Positions 29,601 to 35,646 of a DNA stretch of 48,351 bases are shown piece after piece. Source of the stretch: Parcubacteria group bacterium (lineage in GTDB: Bacteria > Patescibacteriota > Minisyncoccia > Phycocordibacterales > Phycocordibacteraceae); contig JAQBRJ010000014.1 of assembly GCA_028286545.1 (NCBI GenBank), positions 1 through 48,351 on the forward strand, in the 5' to 3' direction. The notes under the pieces were generated by a model. The model was not told the DNA's origin. It saw only the letters and a program-made list of their open reading frames with translations, and did no database searches. The number at the start of each line of letters is the position of its first letter. The first letter of the stretch is position 1. A program made the position numbers and the translations under genes.

Positions 29601-32204
29601 AGCGATTCCACGAACCTCTCGCAGCCGCGCGGCATTGTCGTTTCGGGCAAGTACGCATATGTCGGAGCAACGGCAAATAACCGCATAACCGTAGTCGACA
29701 TCAGTAATCCGTACGCGCTCAAAGTCGTTGGTACCATTCAAGATGCAACGAACCTCGCAGGAACGGACGGTGTCTTTATACAAGGAAAATATTTGTACAC
29801 AACACCGAAGGACGGAAACATGATGAGTATCGTGGACATTAGTAATCCTGCTACGCCGGTGCTTGTGGGCCATAGTACTAACGACGCAACCAATACCAAC
29901 AACCCTCATGATGTGTACGTGGTGGGGAAATATGCGTACGTGGTTGCACAGAGCTCGCATTCATTCACGATTTTCGACATATCAGACCCAACTTCACCAA
30001 CACGCATTACAACCCTTATCGACGGCACTAATCTCGCTTCCCCTAAGCACGTGTATGTGGCGGGTCGCTATGCGTACGTAACGGATAACGGCAACAGCCG
30101 TCTTACCACGATTGACATCAGTAATGCCGCGGCTCCTGTTGTTGTGGGGTCGATAGCTGACGGAACGAATCTCGTACAGGCTCGCGGTATCTTTGTAACG
30201 GGCAAGTATGCGGTTATTGCGATGAACACAGGTGTGTCGGTTATGAGCGTCGATGGTATCGACTCTCCGGGCGGAAGTTTCGGCAACGTAAGTGCACAGA
30301 CTCTCGTTGCCACGTATGACGCACAGATTGGCGGCAGCATCTTTGCAAACGGATCGTTGAACGTGGGCGGTGGCATTAAATCTGATGGCGCGCTTAGCGT
30401 GCTCGGTGGCGGTATCACTGCAAGCACGTCGGCAGCGGACTTCCGCAATGCAAGCGGCACACCGCTCTTGCTCGTGCGTAACGACGGCAACGTAGGAATT
30501 GGCACTACCACACCAGGCTCACAGCTCACTACGACCGGCACCGTGCAGTTTGCAAACTATGGCAGTGCTGGTGCAACTGTCACGACGGATGCAAACGGAA
30601 ATATTTCAGTCTCGTCTGACGAGCGCTTGAAGAATATCAATGGCAGCTTCTCGCGCGGCCTCGCAGATATTGAGAAGCTATCGCCGATTCTCTACCATTG
30701 GAACGCGGTAAGCGGACTTGACCAGAACGGACAGTACGCTGGTTTCAGCGCGCAGAACGTGCAGAGTGCGATTCCTGAAGCCGTCGCTACGGACAATCGT
30801 GGATATTTGACGCTCGCTGATCGTCCAATAATCGCAGCGTCAGTGAATGCTATTAAGGAGCTCGCAGGACAGACAGGTGCGTTGTCGACGACCACGGCGA
30901 GCTTGGCGGGACGCCTTGCAAGCGTCGAGGCGGCGAATGTTGCAGCGGCTTCAGCACAGCAAGATGCAACACTTCCGCACGCGCTTACGGCAACAGAAAT
31001 CACCGCGCAGTCGCTTACTATCGCTGAAGGGGTTTCTGCAGGAACACTCACGACCCATAGCGTAAACGCTGACGGTACGGTTTCTGCTGCGCGCTACATT
31101 GTACCGGCAGCTGCGCAGGTGTTTACGACAGGCTCAACAACTATGGCAGCTGTGCTTCCTGCGGAAGCACTTACGGAGGACGGCATGAATGTCGATGTCT
31201 TCAAGCTCGCGAGCTACGCAGTAGCGAGCGTACAGGTTCTTGCAACTCGTACTGATTTGCTCGCGACGCGAATCGATGAAATCGATTCGCGCGTGAGTGC
31301 ACTCGAATCTGCATCGACAGCGACCTCAAGCGTAAGCCAGGATGCGCAGGGTGTACTGGGCCTCGCTGCTGCAAGCATTCAGCACATCTTTGAATCATTC
31401 GGCATCTTCATTCGCGAGGGAATCGCACAGTTCACCACGCTCGTAACGCATCAGCTTGTGTTCAGTTCAGATACCAACGGCACATCATCTGCAGCATCAG
31501 TCGTAATTCCTTCAGGACAAACTGAATTCAAGGTAAACAACACACTCATCCTCCCAACGTCTAAGATCTTCCTAACCTTCACCAGTTCAGTAAATGGTTC
31601 GTGGTACATCTCGAAGAAGGAAGCAGGAAGCTTCACCGTAACCCTCGCAAGTGCACAGTCTGCAGATGTTACCTTCGACTACTTCCTCGTGCAGACTGAA
31701 GGACAGATTGCGAGCGTTGCCGCGCCGCTTGGCTCTACACCGCCACCTGCGATACCTGCACCAACAGATGGTTCAAATGGAACAACACCGAATCCAGCAC
31801 CTGTGTCACAGGACGGCGGGCCAACCGTGAGTCTCAGCGGCGCTGCAGCAGTCCAGATTCCTCAGGGAGCATCGTGGACTGATCCAGGCGCAACAGCAAC
31901 AGCTGCTGACGGCACAGATCTCACAAGCAGCATCGCGGTTTCAGGTGGCGTCGACACTAATACACCAGGGCTCTATACCGTCACCTACCGCGCTACCGAC
32001 GCAGCAGGGAAGTTCGGGGAAGCTTCGCGCATTGTCACGGTGATTGGTGCGCCAACGGGCTCGTCAACTCCTGATTCCGGAACACCACCCACAACACCCA
32101 CGGTAACGGCAGGCCCTGCAGACTCTGGTGGAGGCGCTGGAACTGCTTCGCCAAGCGATTCCGCACCTTCAGCGGCTGCGCCAGACCCGACTCCTGCGTC
32201 GTAA
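17658..32204 (+). CDS. Giant (4848 aa) tail-fibre-like surface protein with N-terminal HTH, TM/signal segment, repeats, LVIVD propeller, S74 chaperone and Ig-like domain
   Basis: HTH STKIASELSGYNSDYLGRVCREGKIKGTQVGRAWLID; hydrophobic PLVAAAVALVFTAGTAYA; N-x-T-T-T pentapeptides; many GNVGIGTTSP motifs; seven GKYAY...DISNP repeats; SDERLK...GFSAQNV; DUF5011-like WTDPGATA...VDTNTPGLYTVTY. Confidence 0.9.
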   Translation: MPDLSKNQISTSLVSTKIASELSGYNSDYLGRVCREGKIKGTQVGRAWLIDKESLLQFVESQQERKRELAQQTAKVREQEYKTANKTTPVFDGVKNATQKATQKATEAARAVISPIQRSHFSGSARGVQRAHATRVNRPLVAAAVALVFTAGTAYASTAPQLQEMLARMPENIQHVADAVMRPRVIDDSFRITDATPAQKIVAAEFAVPNAKNISRGFAYATGAKSNTYAQTFAAASVGDSNNSDATFASHFSTEENARVAHTRIALVTDAIAHPSHMAVSLVQGYVQTGANIFATAHTIGDTYLAMVYGVADSSLATAAVARDVVANAPTNTNALLALYERGTYAWVDASHTVAEVSAGTIYNTGGTIGGLATAAPGAIVHAREALANAWVDRSLALANAAADSQTAAGTKALAVADSIGSSYLGAVDTSGNVVGGALASAVAALPNASEVSPVISAPAQQAVATAQNAGHTLAAAVPAMPEHVSFSTISDLTQDTMLGMAGKVMAWADTNSGNTQSASVISFAPISWQRTIQRIFVAGGEIAQALVHASVRAIADTFSLPGAFSPELAVVPFGPTQTIALPQPTNLGGANGVALGNDSSSASGSYTGGATGPTTYIQNIINNFSKDAFGTSFNDAVLAIVGPYVQHSIDSAIGSVRSNGGGGTTVVTGSTPANVVVQGGSASLASLDVSGSTTLNTLTTTGVTTLATTTVNGDLNITGTISAGSLAVSSITSNGPVIAPYFTATSTVATSTFPNLAATNADITNATLGNATSTNFFTTNLSAAAANITNAVFGSFVANLANITSATITNLTGTNSQFVNSTTTNATTTNLFATNGVINNATSTNLFATNVSGTNATFGNATTTNLFATIASAVTGFFDNLFATNAQFVNSTTTNATTTNFFATNGFINTLASAVANIASAVITNLTGTNSQFVNSTTTNSVATNATTTNLTATNASLTNALITNGTSTNFAATNLTGTNAQFTNATSTNFFSTLGSFTNAIFGSFVATLANITTATITNLSGTNSVFVNATTTNATTTNLFATNATTTNLVTSNLTGTSAQFTHATTSDFAVTGTVGSNLIPSLNNQYDIGSPGATWSNGYFDSIHVANFFVASTSIDGTASNVFSINSDNATADTEDSSISFDRGSISPNALLTWNSTLDRFEFNMPVQAPSLTASTTFTLGTSTFSSLLGAGLSNVGGALTVTVSTTSLALDSSYFKQGGNSFGSTAILGTTDNNSLNILTNNSVAGTFLANGFLGLGTTSPVERLSVAGNALISGSLKAASLITTGNANVNSLTIGSLSGFLKATAGAVSTALVDLSTDVTSTLPVGNGGTGATSLTGLLVGNGTGAFTATTLSSGIASQISDETGTGALVFATSPTFGGTAIFNNVTATSATSTNFASTNTAITNLTATNLTVGGSTFTSLLGSGLANVGGVLTATTSTSTLALDSQYFKQGGNAFGALATLGTTDNNALIFETNSLERIRINTSGQLVSNIASSAGTPAFTWSSDLTTGLFHPAINQIGFSTGGIQRAVIDGNGNLGLGTTTPFAKLTIIGDLSLSGGIYDNNLTRGTLGQILQTTGTGVQWVGTSTLGLQPAGNYITALTGDVSASGPGSAAATLATVNSNTGSFGSSTAIPTFTVNGKGLITAAGSVAVIAPAGTLTGTTLASNVVSSSLTSVGTLTALTVSGATTLGNLTAALATTTSLTTTNFILGGSTFTSLLGSGLSNVGGTLSVSTSSLALDTTYFKQNGNSFGATASLGTNDNNDLVFKTNSLERLRVNTSGQLVSNIASAAGTPAFTWTSDLTTGIFHPANNNVAISTGGIERLRVDGNGFIGVGTTTASRTLTVAGDIGLTGALYAGNTSAGTAGQILQTTGTGIQWTSTSTLGLQPSGNYITALTGDISATGPGSAAATLATVNSNTGSFGSSTAIPTFTVNGKGLITAAGTVVVIAPAGTLTGTTLASNVLASSLTSVGTLSSLTVSGTSALGNLTAALATTTSLTTTNFILGGSTFTSLLGTGLVNTAGVLSISTSSLALDTNYFKQGGNSFGATAQLGTIDNNDLVFQTNNVERLRINTSGQLVSNIASAAGTPAFTWTSDLTTGIFHPASNNIGFTTGGIQRAVIDGNGNLGVGTSSPSARLTVKGVGTTTGINFQTTNSNNAALFTILDNGNVGIGTTSPVVALHLASSTASTQLRIESGQNTGLARIQFLNDLGTTASVAYTGSANANTAIFSIPDQLYLNGAGTGGVTINAGGASGVIRFATGGTAFSNERLRIDAAGNVGIGSTTPLSTLSVTGTGITNPFTIASSSGLSLFSINPSGAALFNNQAGSIGTVLQSFGAGAAPQWVSTSTLGFASGTSLGSANQVAYYNSSGVLGGTAGFIFDGTNLSVGGTITATGQHIGIGGTGAAGTPSYTFASDLTTGIFHPASNNIGFSTGGIQRAVIDGNGNFGIATTSPLAKLDVYGTAGTADIFAISSSSNARLFTVTSGGNVGIGTSSPATKLSIQAAAPSITLNNTTSGGSAFLIRNGSIGNTRFDIFDAKNNISMLTIDRNDGNAGQVMIGTSSNSAPGNNSRLFVYGGANGANIDMMGDPSLSGGIGDQSQVEAEGADWGLGALGNTNSIAIRYFGNSFPNALGNWAGVTTHNTGVLDFGTASNAVIRTSTSTPIIVGINNVETLRFTSLGLSIGTTSAFAALTLGGDLSISGGIYDRSATRGTSGQILQTTGTGVQWVGTSTLGLQPAGNYITALTGDITATGPGSVAATLATVNSNTGSFGSSTAIPNFTVNGKGLITAAGSSAVIAPAGTLTGTTLASNVVSSSLTSVGTLTALTVSGATTLGNLTAALATTTSLTTTNFILGGSTFTSLLGTGLVNTGGTLTVSTTSNALGFDTTYFKQNGNAFAGLATLGTTDSNALRFITGGTERARFDTSGNFGIGTTTPNSLLEVSGSDTSTALTTFDPAVALSIVNRSTTNNTFAALAFRTQDLTNNSATSTAQILGINTSHTAGRASGALAFQTLNSGVLSEVMRITNTGRVGIGITIPTSILSVFEATPTVSTTTTGTSATSLLTINGGFGGDTSSSGSSVFAGNGATITLVTGTGGSVTGNPTTGFAGTGGDFIVSAGAGGQITGLPTSGTGGAGGSINLTAGGGGQGFTADGIAGNVNITGGVSASGVGGAGTGGGYVSISGGAGGGSGLNGGNVYVFGGGPGFASSAGNVVLGLNPSGTVRANIGVGTSSPVAKLDVYGTAGTADIFAISSSSNSRLLTISSAGFVGIGSSTPSKTLSITGDLSLSGGFFDSLSSSGSNGFVLQSTGSATKWVATSTLGFSSGGGATAAGTSGQVAYFNGASSLVGTSGFTFDGTNLSVGGTITATGQYIGIGGTGVPGTPSYSFTGDLTTGIFHPAANTLAFSTNGTERGRFDSAGNFGIGSSTPLSTLSVSGTGTTNPFTVASSSGNSLLTVLSNGNVGIGSSTPNYLLSVAGQTLIGSAGFPTGSLGATFNTYTTDLNTFSLGSSFQSTGSINAAGSFQSLQFNVTDSGGNNVNTMQGLNGLAVKSTSGSVTALIAIQASPRLTGTATAITMEGYRSQVRTPAGTAASTTIDFSATAATSGGVITSAYGVRVVSKKVTGVVTGYGIGTDGATDLNYFMGSTGVGTTSPAAKLDVYGAAGTADIFAISSSSNSRLLTVTSSGNLGIGTSTPSKKLTVSGDEYLTGGFFDSTFSAGTLGMVLQSTGTSTLWVATSTLGISGTNYFTNSGASTYLSTGTNLGIGTSTPAARLDVYGVGGTADIFTISSSSNSRLLTVTSSGNLGVGSSSPFARLTVAGSGTTAATTNFQTTNSSNSPLFTILDNGNVGIATSTPADRLAVTGGNIVQTVSTGASVKGTLINSAFAGGIGVVVSGKYAYIAASSASAVSIVDISNPTAPTLVGSVVDATNLAGVFGIAVSGKYAYVTANNNQRVTVVDISNPKAPVVVSNLSDSTNLSQPRGIVVSGKYAYVGATANNRITVVDISNPYALKVVGTIQDATNLAGTDGVFIQGKYLYTTPKDGNMMSIVDISNPATPVLVGHSTNDATNTNNPHDVYVVGKYAYVVAQSSHSFTIFDISDPTSPTRITTLIDGTNLASPKHVYVAGRYAYVTDNGNSRLTTIDISNAAAPVVVGSIADGTNLVQARGIFVTGKYAVIAMNTGVSVMSVDGIDSPGGSFGNVSAQTLVATYDAQIGGSIFANGSLNVGGGIKSDGALSVLGGGITASTSAADFRNASGTPLLLVRNDGNVGIGTTTPGSQLTTTGTVQFANYGSAGATVTTDANGNISVSSDERLKNINGSFSRGLADIEKLSPILYHWNAVSGLDQNGQYAGFSAQNVQSAIPEAVATDNRGYLTLADRPIIAASVNAIKELAGQTGALSTTTASLAGRLASVEAANVAAASAQQDATLPHALTATEITAQSLTIAEGVSAGTLTTHSVNADGTVSAARYIVPAAAQVFTTGSTTMAAVLPAEALTEDGMNVDVFKLASYAVASVQVLATRTDLLATRIDEIDSRVSALESASTATSSVSQDAQGVLGLAAASIQHIFESFGIFIREGIAQFTTLVTHQLVFSSDTNGTSSAASVVIPSGQTEFKVNNTLILPTSKIFLTFTSSVNGSWYISKKEAGSFTVTLASAQSADVTFDYFLVQTEGQIASVAAPLGSTPPPAIPAPTDGSNGTTPNPAPVSQDGGPTVSLSGAAAVQIPQGASWTDPGATATAADGTDLTSSIAVSGGVDTNTPGLYTVTYRATDAAGKFGEASRIVTVIGAPTGSSTPDSGTPPTTPTVTAGPADSGGGAGTASPSDSAPSAAAPDPTPAS
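19923..20868 (+). repeat. Asn-periodic pentapeptide coding repeats (15-nt period)
   Basis: NATST-NFFTT-NLSAA, NLTGT-NSQFV-NSTTT-NATTT-NLFAT and variants. Confidence 0.85.
21900..24070 (+). repeat. 885-nt (295-aa) tandem coding repeat, with a further copy near 25760-26490
   Basis: GGCCAGCTCGTTTCAAACATTGCTTCA begins at 22131, 23016 and 23901, exactly 885 nt apart. Outer boundaries approximate. Confidence 0.85.
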
Positions 32205-32229
32205 TTAGCTCTGATATACTATACAGAAT

Positions 32230-32508
32230 ATGGCTGGAGTAACGTTTGAAGAAGAAGTATCCTCACCCTCACACGCGTACGCTGCCCCGTCGGGGGCAAA
32301 GAGTATAACCAAATGGCTGGTAGCTAAGGGTTTCGCAAAGACAGAATCTGGCGCGAATAAGCTTTTAATAGGATTCTCTATTGCCTCAATCGTGATTGCG
32401 ATGGGACTGTTTCTTTTTGCGCCAAAGGAGAAGGTAACGCCAAATAGCGCTGCAGATCGAGCACGACTTGAAGCTTCTACACCTCTGTCTCCATTAATTC
32501 ATCGATAA
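32230..32508 (+). CDS. Small single-TM membrane protein, pilin-associated (paralog 1)
   Basis: MAGVTFEEE N-terminus, one TM helix; paralog of 35399-35644. Confidence 0.75.
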   Translation: MAGVTFEEEVSSPSHAYAAPSGAKSITKWLVAKGFAKTESGANKLLIGFSIASIVIAMGLFLFAPKEKVTPNSAADRARLEASTPLSPLIHR

Positions 32509-32510
32509 TA

Positions 32511-33011
32511 ATGATGCATGGTATGTATTCACGCGAGGAATCAAAAAAAGGCTTCACCCTTATTGAGCTTCTCGTAGTTATAGCAATCATTGGGCTCCTT
32601 TCCAGCGTCGTACTTGCTTCCGTTAATGCTGCACGCGTAAAAGCAAAAGACGCTGCTATCAAAAGTCAGGTCCGACAGCTGGTAACGGTTATGGCTCTCG
32701 AATACAGCGAGACAGGTACCTATACCAATCTCGAAAGTGGGACATGGCGTTACACGGCAGCAGATTGTAATAGCGGTTTTTCTGGTAACTACGCAGTCAG
32801 TGCAAAAAATATGTGCGTAGCAATACTTTCAAATACAGACAGATTATTCACGGGTAACGCGGTAGATCCTATAGGAAAGTTTTCTATAATGGCATCACTT
32901 CCTGGCAAAGGCACCTATTTCTGTAGCGGTAGTTCAGGGGCTAGTTCTGACGTAGAACCTGCTCCCAATGGGTCTGGTTGGGCCAATGCCGGTTGCTACT
33001 CGAACCCATAA
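32511..33011 (+). CDS. Type IV pilin / prepilin-type N-terminal methylation protein
   Basis: KKG-FTLIELLVVIAIIGLLSSVVLAS class III signal; four Cys in the globular part. Start may be 32523. Confidence 0.9.
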   Translation: MMHGMYSREESKKGFTLIELLVVIAIIGLLSSVVLASVNAARVKAKDAAIKSQVRQLVTVMALEYSETGTYTNLESGTWRYTAADCNSGFSGNYAVSAKNMCVAILSNTDRLFTGNAVDPIGKFSIMASLPGKGTYFCSGSSGASSDVEPAPNGSGWANAGCYSNP

Positions 33012-33070
33012 TCTGGCGTTACGGTCGTGCATGCTAAGATTTACTCATATCAAACATTCTTCTTTTTTCT

Positions 33071-34084
33071 ATGAAACCTGTACGCGTTGCTATTAATGGA
33101 TTCGGTCGTATTGGTCGCGCATTTGTGCGCCAGGCATACGATCGTCCTGAAATCGAGATTGTTGCAGTGAACGATCTCGGCTCTCTTGAGAACCTCGCCT
33201 ATTTGCTGAAATACGACACCGTCTACAAACGCGCACCATTTCCAGTTGAAGCGAAAGACGGAAAGCTTTTTATAAATAATAAGGAAGTAGCATTTGTTTC
33301 TGAAAAAGAACCAACACTGCTTCCATGGAAGTCCTTGAACGTCGATGTGGTCATTGAATCAACGGGATTCTTTACCGACTACGAAAAAGCAAATGCGCAC
33401 ATTACAGCAGGCGCACGTCGCGTAGTAATTTCTGCACCCGTTAAAGACGAGAATCCACTCGGCGCAACTATCCTTATGGGTCTCGATGAAAGCAAACTCG
33501 CAACGTGTGCGATCACCAGCAATGCGTCGTGTACGACGAACTCTGCGTCGCCCGTGATTGCCATTCTTGATGAAGCTATTGGTATTGAGAAGGCGATTCT
33601 GTCGACGACCCATGCGTACACGGCGAGCCAAGCTATTGTGGACGGACCATCGAAGAAGGATATGAAAGAGGGCCGCGCAGCGGCCCAGAACATCGTACCT
33701 ACTTCAACCGGTGCTGCTATCGCAGTAACCAAAGCCTACCCAAGCCTTGCAGGGAAGTTCGACGGCATCAGTCTTCGCGTGCCTGTTCCTGCAGGCTCTA
33801 TTGCTGACATCACTTTCATTGCAAAGCGCGCTACGACCGTAGAAGAGGTGAATGACATTCTTCGCGCGGCTGCACAGCAGCCGCGCTGGACGGGCATCTT
33901 CAACGCAACCGACGAAGACCTCGTTTCAAGCGATATCATCGGCGAACGTTTTGCCTCTATCGCTGACCTCGGCAGTACGCGCGTCGTCGACGGCAATCTT
34001 GTGAAGGTGCTCGCCTGGTACGACAACGAAGCAGGGTATACCCACACGCTCGTCGAACACGCCATTAAGGCAGGAAACGCGTAA
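33071..34084 (+). CDS. gap: Type I glyceraldehyde-3-phosphate dehydrogenase
   Basis: VAINGFGRIGR, SNASCTTN, IVPTSTGAA, RVPV, WYDNE. Confidence 0.97.
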   Translation: MKPVRVAINGFGRIGRAFVRQAYDRPEIEIVAVNDLGSLENLAYLLKYDTVYKRAPFPVEAKDGKLFINNKEVAFVSEKEPTLLPWKSLNVDVVIESTGFFTDYEKANAHITAGARRVVISAPVKDENPLGATILMGLDESKLATCAITSNASCTTNSASPVIAILDEAIGIEKAILSTTHAYTASQAIVDGPSKKDMKEGRAAAQNIVPTSTGAAIAVTKAYPSLAGKFDGISLRVPVPAGSIADITFIAKRATTVEEVNDILRAAAQQPRWTGIFNATDEDLVSSDIIGERFASIADLGSTRVVDGNLVKVLAWYDNEAGYTHTLVEHAIKAGNA

Positions 34085-34128
34085 CCTCGTTACTCAAATC
34101 TTCACGTCCTGCAGTCTATCTTTATCTT

Positions 34129-34611
34129 ATGAAAATTTACCTTTCGTGCGACCATGCAGGCTTTAGGCTCAAGAGCGCATTGCTTGAGCACTTGCCGCTC
34201 CTTGGTCACGAGGTAGAAGACTGCGGCGCGTATGAGCTTAACCCAGACGACGACTATCCAGATTTCGTAACGCCTATGGCGCATAAGGTTGCCGCTGACA
34301 CCGGCGCCTTCGGTATCATTTGTGGCGGCAGCGGACAAGGAGAGGCGATGTGTGCGAACCGCATTCCCGGCGTACGCGCTGCGGTCTTCTATGGCCCCAT
34401 GCGCGTTACCGAAACACTCGACCGTGAAGGAGGTCACTCTGAGAATGGTCTCGATGCAGTGCGCCTCCCACGTCGTCACAATAATGCGAACATTCTCTCC
34501 ATTGGTGCACGCTTTGTTTCCATAACAGAAGCAAGCGAAGCGGCGGAAGAATTCATCAAGACTGATTTTACGGGCGATGAGCGCCATGTGAGGCGTTTGG
34601 AAAAATTCTAG
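34129..34611 (+). CDS. rpiB: Ribose-5-phosphate isomerase B
   Basis: DHAG, DDYPD, CGGSGQGEAMCANR, HNNANIL, RHVRR. Confidence 0.92.
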   Translation: MKIYLSCDHAGFRLKSALLEHLPLLGHEVEDCGAYELNPDDDYPDFVTPMAHKVAADTGAFGIICGGSGQGEAMCANRIPGVRAAVFYGPMRVTETLDREGGHSENGLDAVRLPRRHNNANILSIGARFVSITEASEAAEEFIKTDFTGDERHVRRLEKF

Positions 34612-34655
34612 CAGTCTTGCATTTTCGCTCCCAACGTCCGCTATACTATATAGGT

Positions 34656-35378
34656 ATGAGCGTCATTATTCCCGCTATCCTCCCAACGTCACGCGAAGAC
34701 CTCGACCAGAAGCTCTTGCAACTGCAAGGAATAACAACTGATGTACAAATAGACAGCGTGGACGGACGCTACGTGAGCCCTGCGTCGTGGCCGTACCTCG
34801 GGCATTCGCCAACCGAAGCGCTTGCGTCGCTCGAAGATGATGCGTTTTCATATTTAGGCAGCATCAATTGTGAAGTAGACCTCATGGTTGAACACCCGGA
34901 AGCGGCCATCGCGAGCTTTGTGCGTGCAGGTGCTAATCGTATTACTGTTCATGCAGAAACTGCGCTCAATCTCCCGAAGCTCATTCAAGATTTTCAAACT
35001 ACCTATGGGCACGATAAAGGATTCACCCCGAACCTTCTTTCTCTTGGTCTTGCGATCAATGTCGCTACGGACACCACGCTCATCGAACCATTCCTTGATC
35101 GCATCGATTACGTCCAATTTATGGACATCTCCTCTATCGGCAAGCAAGGCGAACCGTTCAATCGTGCGGTACTTCCGAAAATAGCAGCATTCCATCGCAA
35201 GTACCCTGACATGTCGATACAGGTAGATGGTGGCGTCTCGCTTACTACAGCGCCTGATTTGCTTCGCGCAGGTGTTTCGCGCTTGGTTGTAGGTTCGGCG
35301 CTTTGGAAAGCGCCGAACCTTGCTCAAGCATTTACTGAGTTCACAGAACTTGCTCAGCACTACGGCCTATATTCTTGA
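34656..35378 (+). CDS. rpe: Ribulose-phosphate 3-epimerase family protein
   Basis: IIPAIL, QIDSVDG, DLMVEHP, GANRITVHAE, GKQGEPF, IQVDGGVS, LVVGSAL; pentose-phosphate context. Confidence 0.85.
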   Translation: MSVIIPAILPTSREDLDQKLLQLQGITTDVQIDSVDGRYVSPASWPYLGHSPTEALASLEDDAFSYLGSINCEVDLMVEHPEAAIASFVRAGANRITVHAETALNLPKLIQDFQTTYGHDKGFTPNLLSLGLAINVATDTTLIEPFLDRIDYVQFMDISSIGKQGEPFNRAVLPKIAAFHRKYPDMSIQVDGGVSLTTAPDLLRAGVSRLVVGSALWKAPNLAQAFTEFTELAQHYGLYS

Positions 35379-35398
35379 TCTGATATACTAATACCATT

Positions 35399-35644
35399 AT
35401 GGAAGGGGTTTCATTTGAAGAAGAAAAGATAGTTGCCCGCCAATCATTCGGGCCATCAAAAAAGAGCCCCGGCTTTGCCGACCGTATGGTGAATTGGGGC
35501 GTGGTAAAGACGGCTCGCCAAGGGGAAGTCGTATTACTCATCATTGCCGTAGTCGCACTACTTGCCGCTGGAACCATTTATTTTTCTAAGCTGCGCGCAG
35601 CACCAGCACCGCAGACGCCACAAAGTAAAGGCTGGCCACGATAA
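35399..35644 (+). CDS. Small single-TM membrane protein, pilin-associated (paralog 2)
   Basis: MEGVSFEEE N-terminus, one TM helix; same upstream TCTGATATACTA as paralog 1. Confidence 0.75.
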   Translation: MEGVSFEEEKIVARQSFGPSKKSPGFADRMVNWGVVKTARQGEVVLLIIAVVALLAAGTIYFSKLRAAPAPQTPQSKGWPR

Positions 35645-35646
35645 CT

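Noticed and set aside
19589-31051. Many Val/Pro-rich minus-strand ORFs (e.g. 25901-26935, 22463-23230)
   Set aside because: Antisense shadows of the Thr/Gly/Ser-rich giant gene.
17658-32204. Prophage or tailocin locus
   Set aside because: Tail-fibre motifs, S74 and Xis-like HTHs are present, but there are no capsid, terminase, sheath, baseplate or integrase genes; the protein has a membrane segment and housekeeping neighbours.
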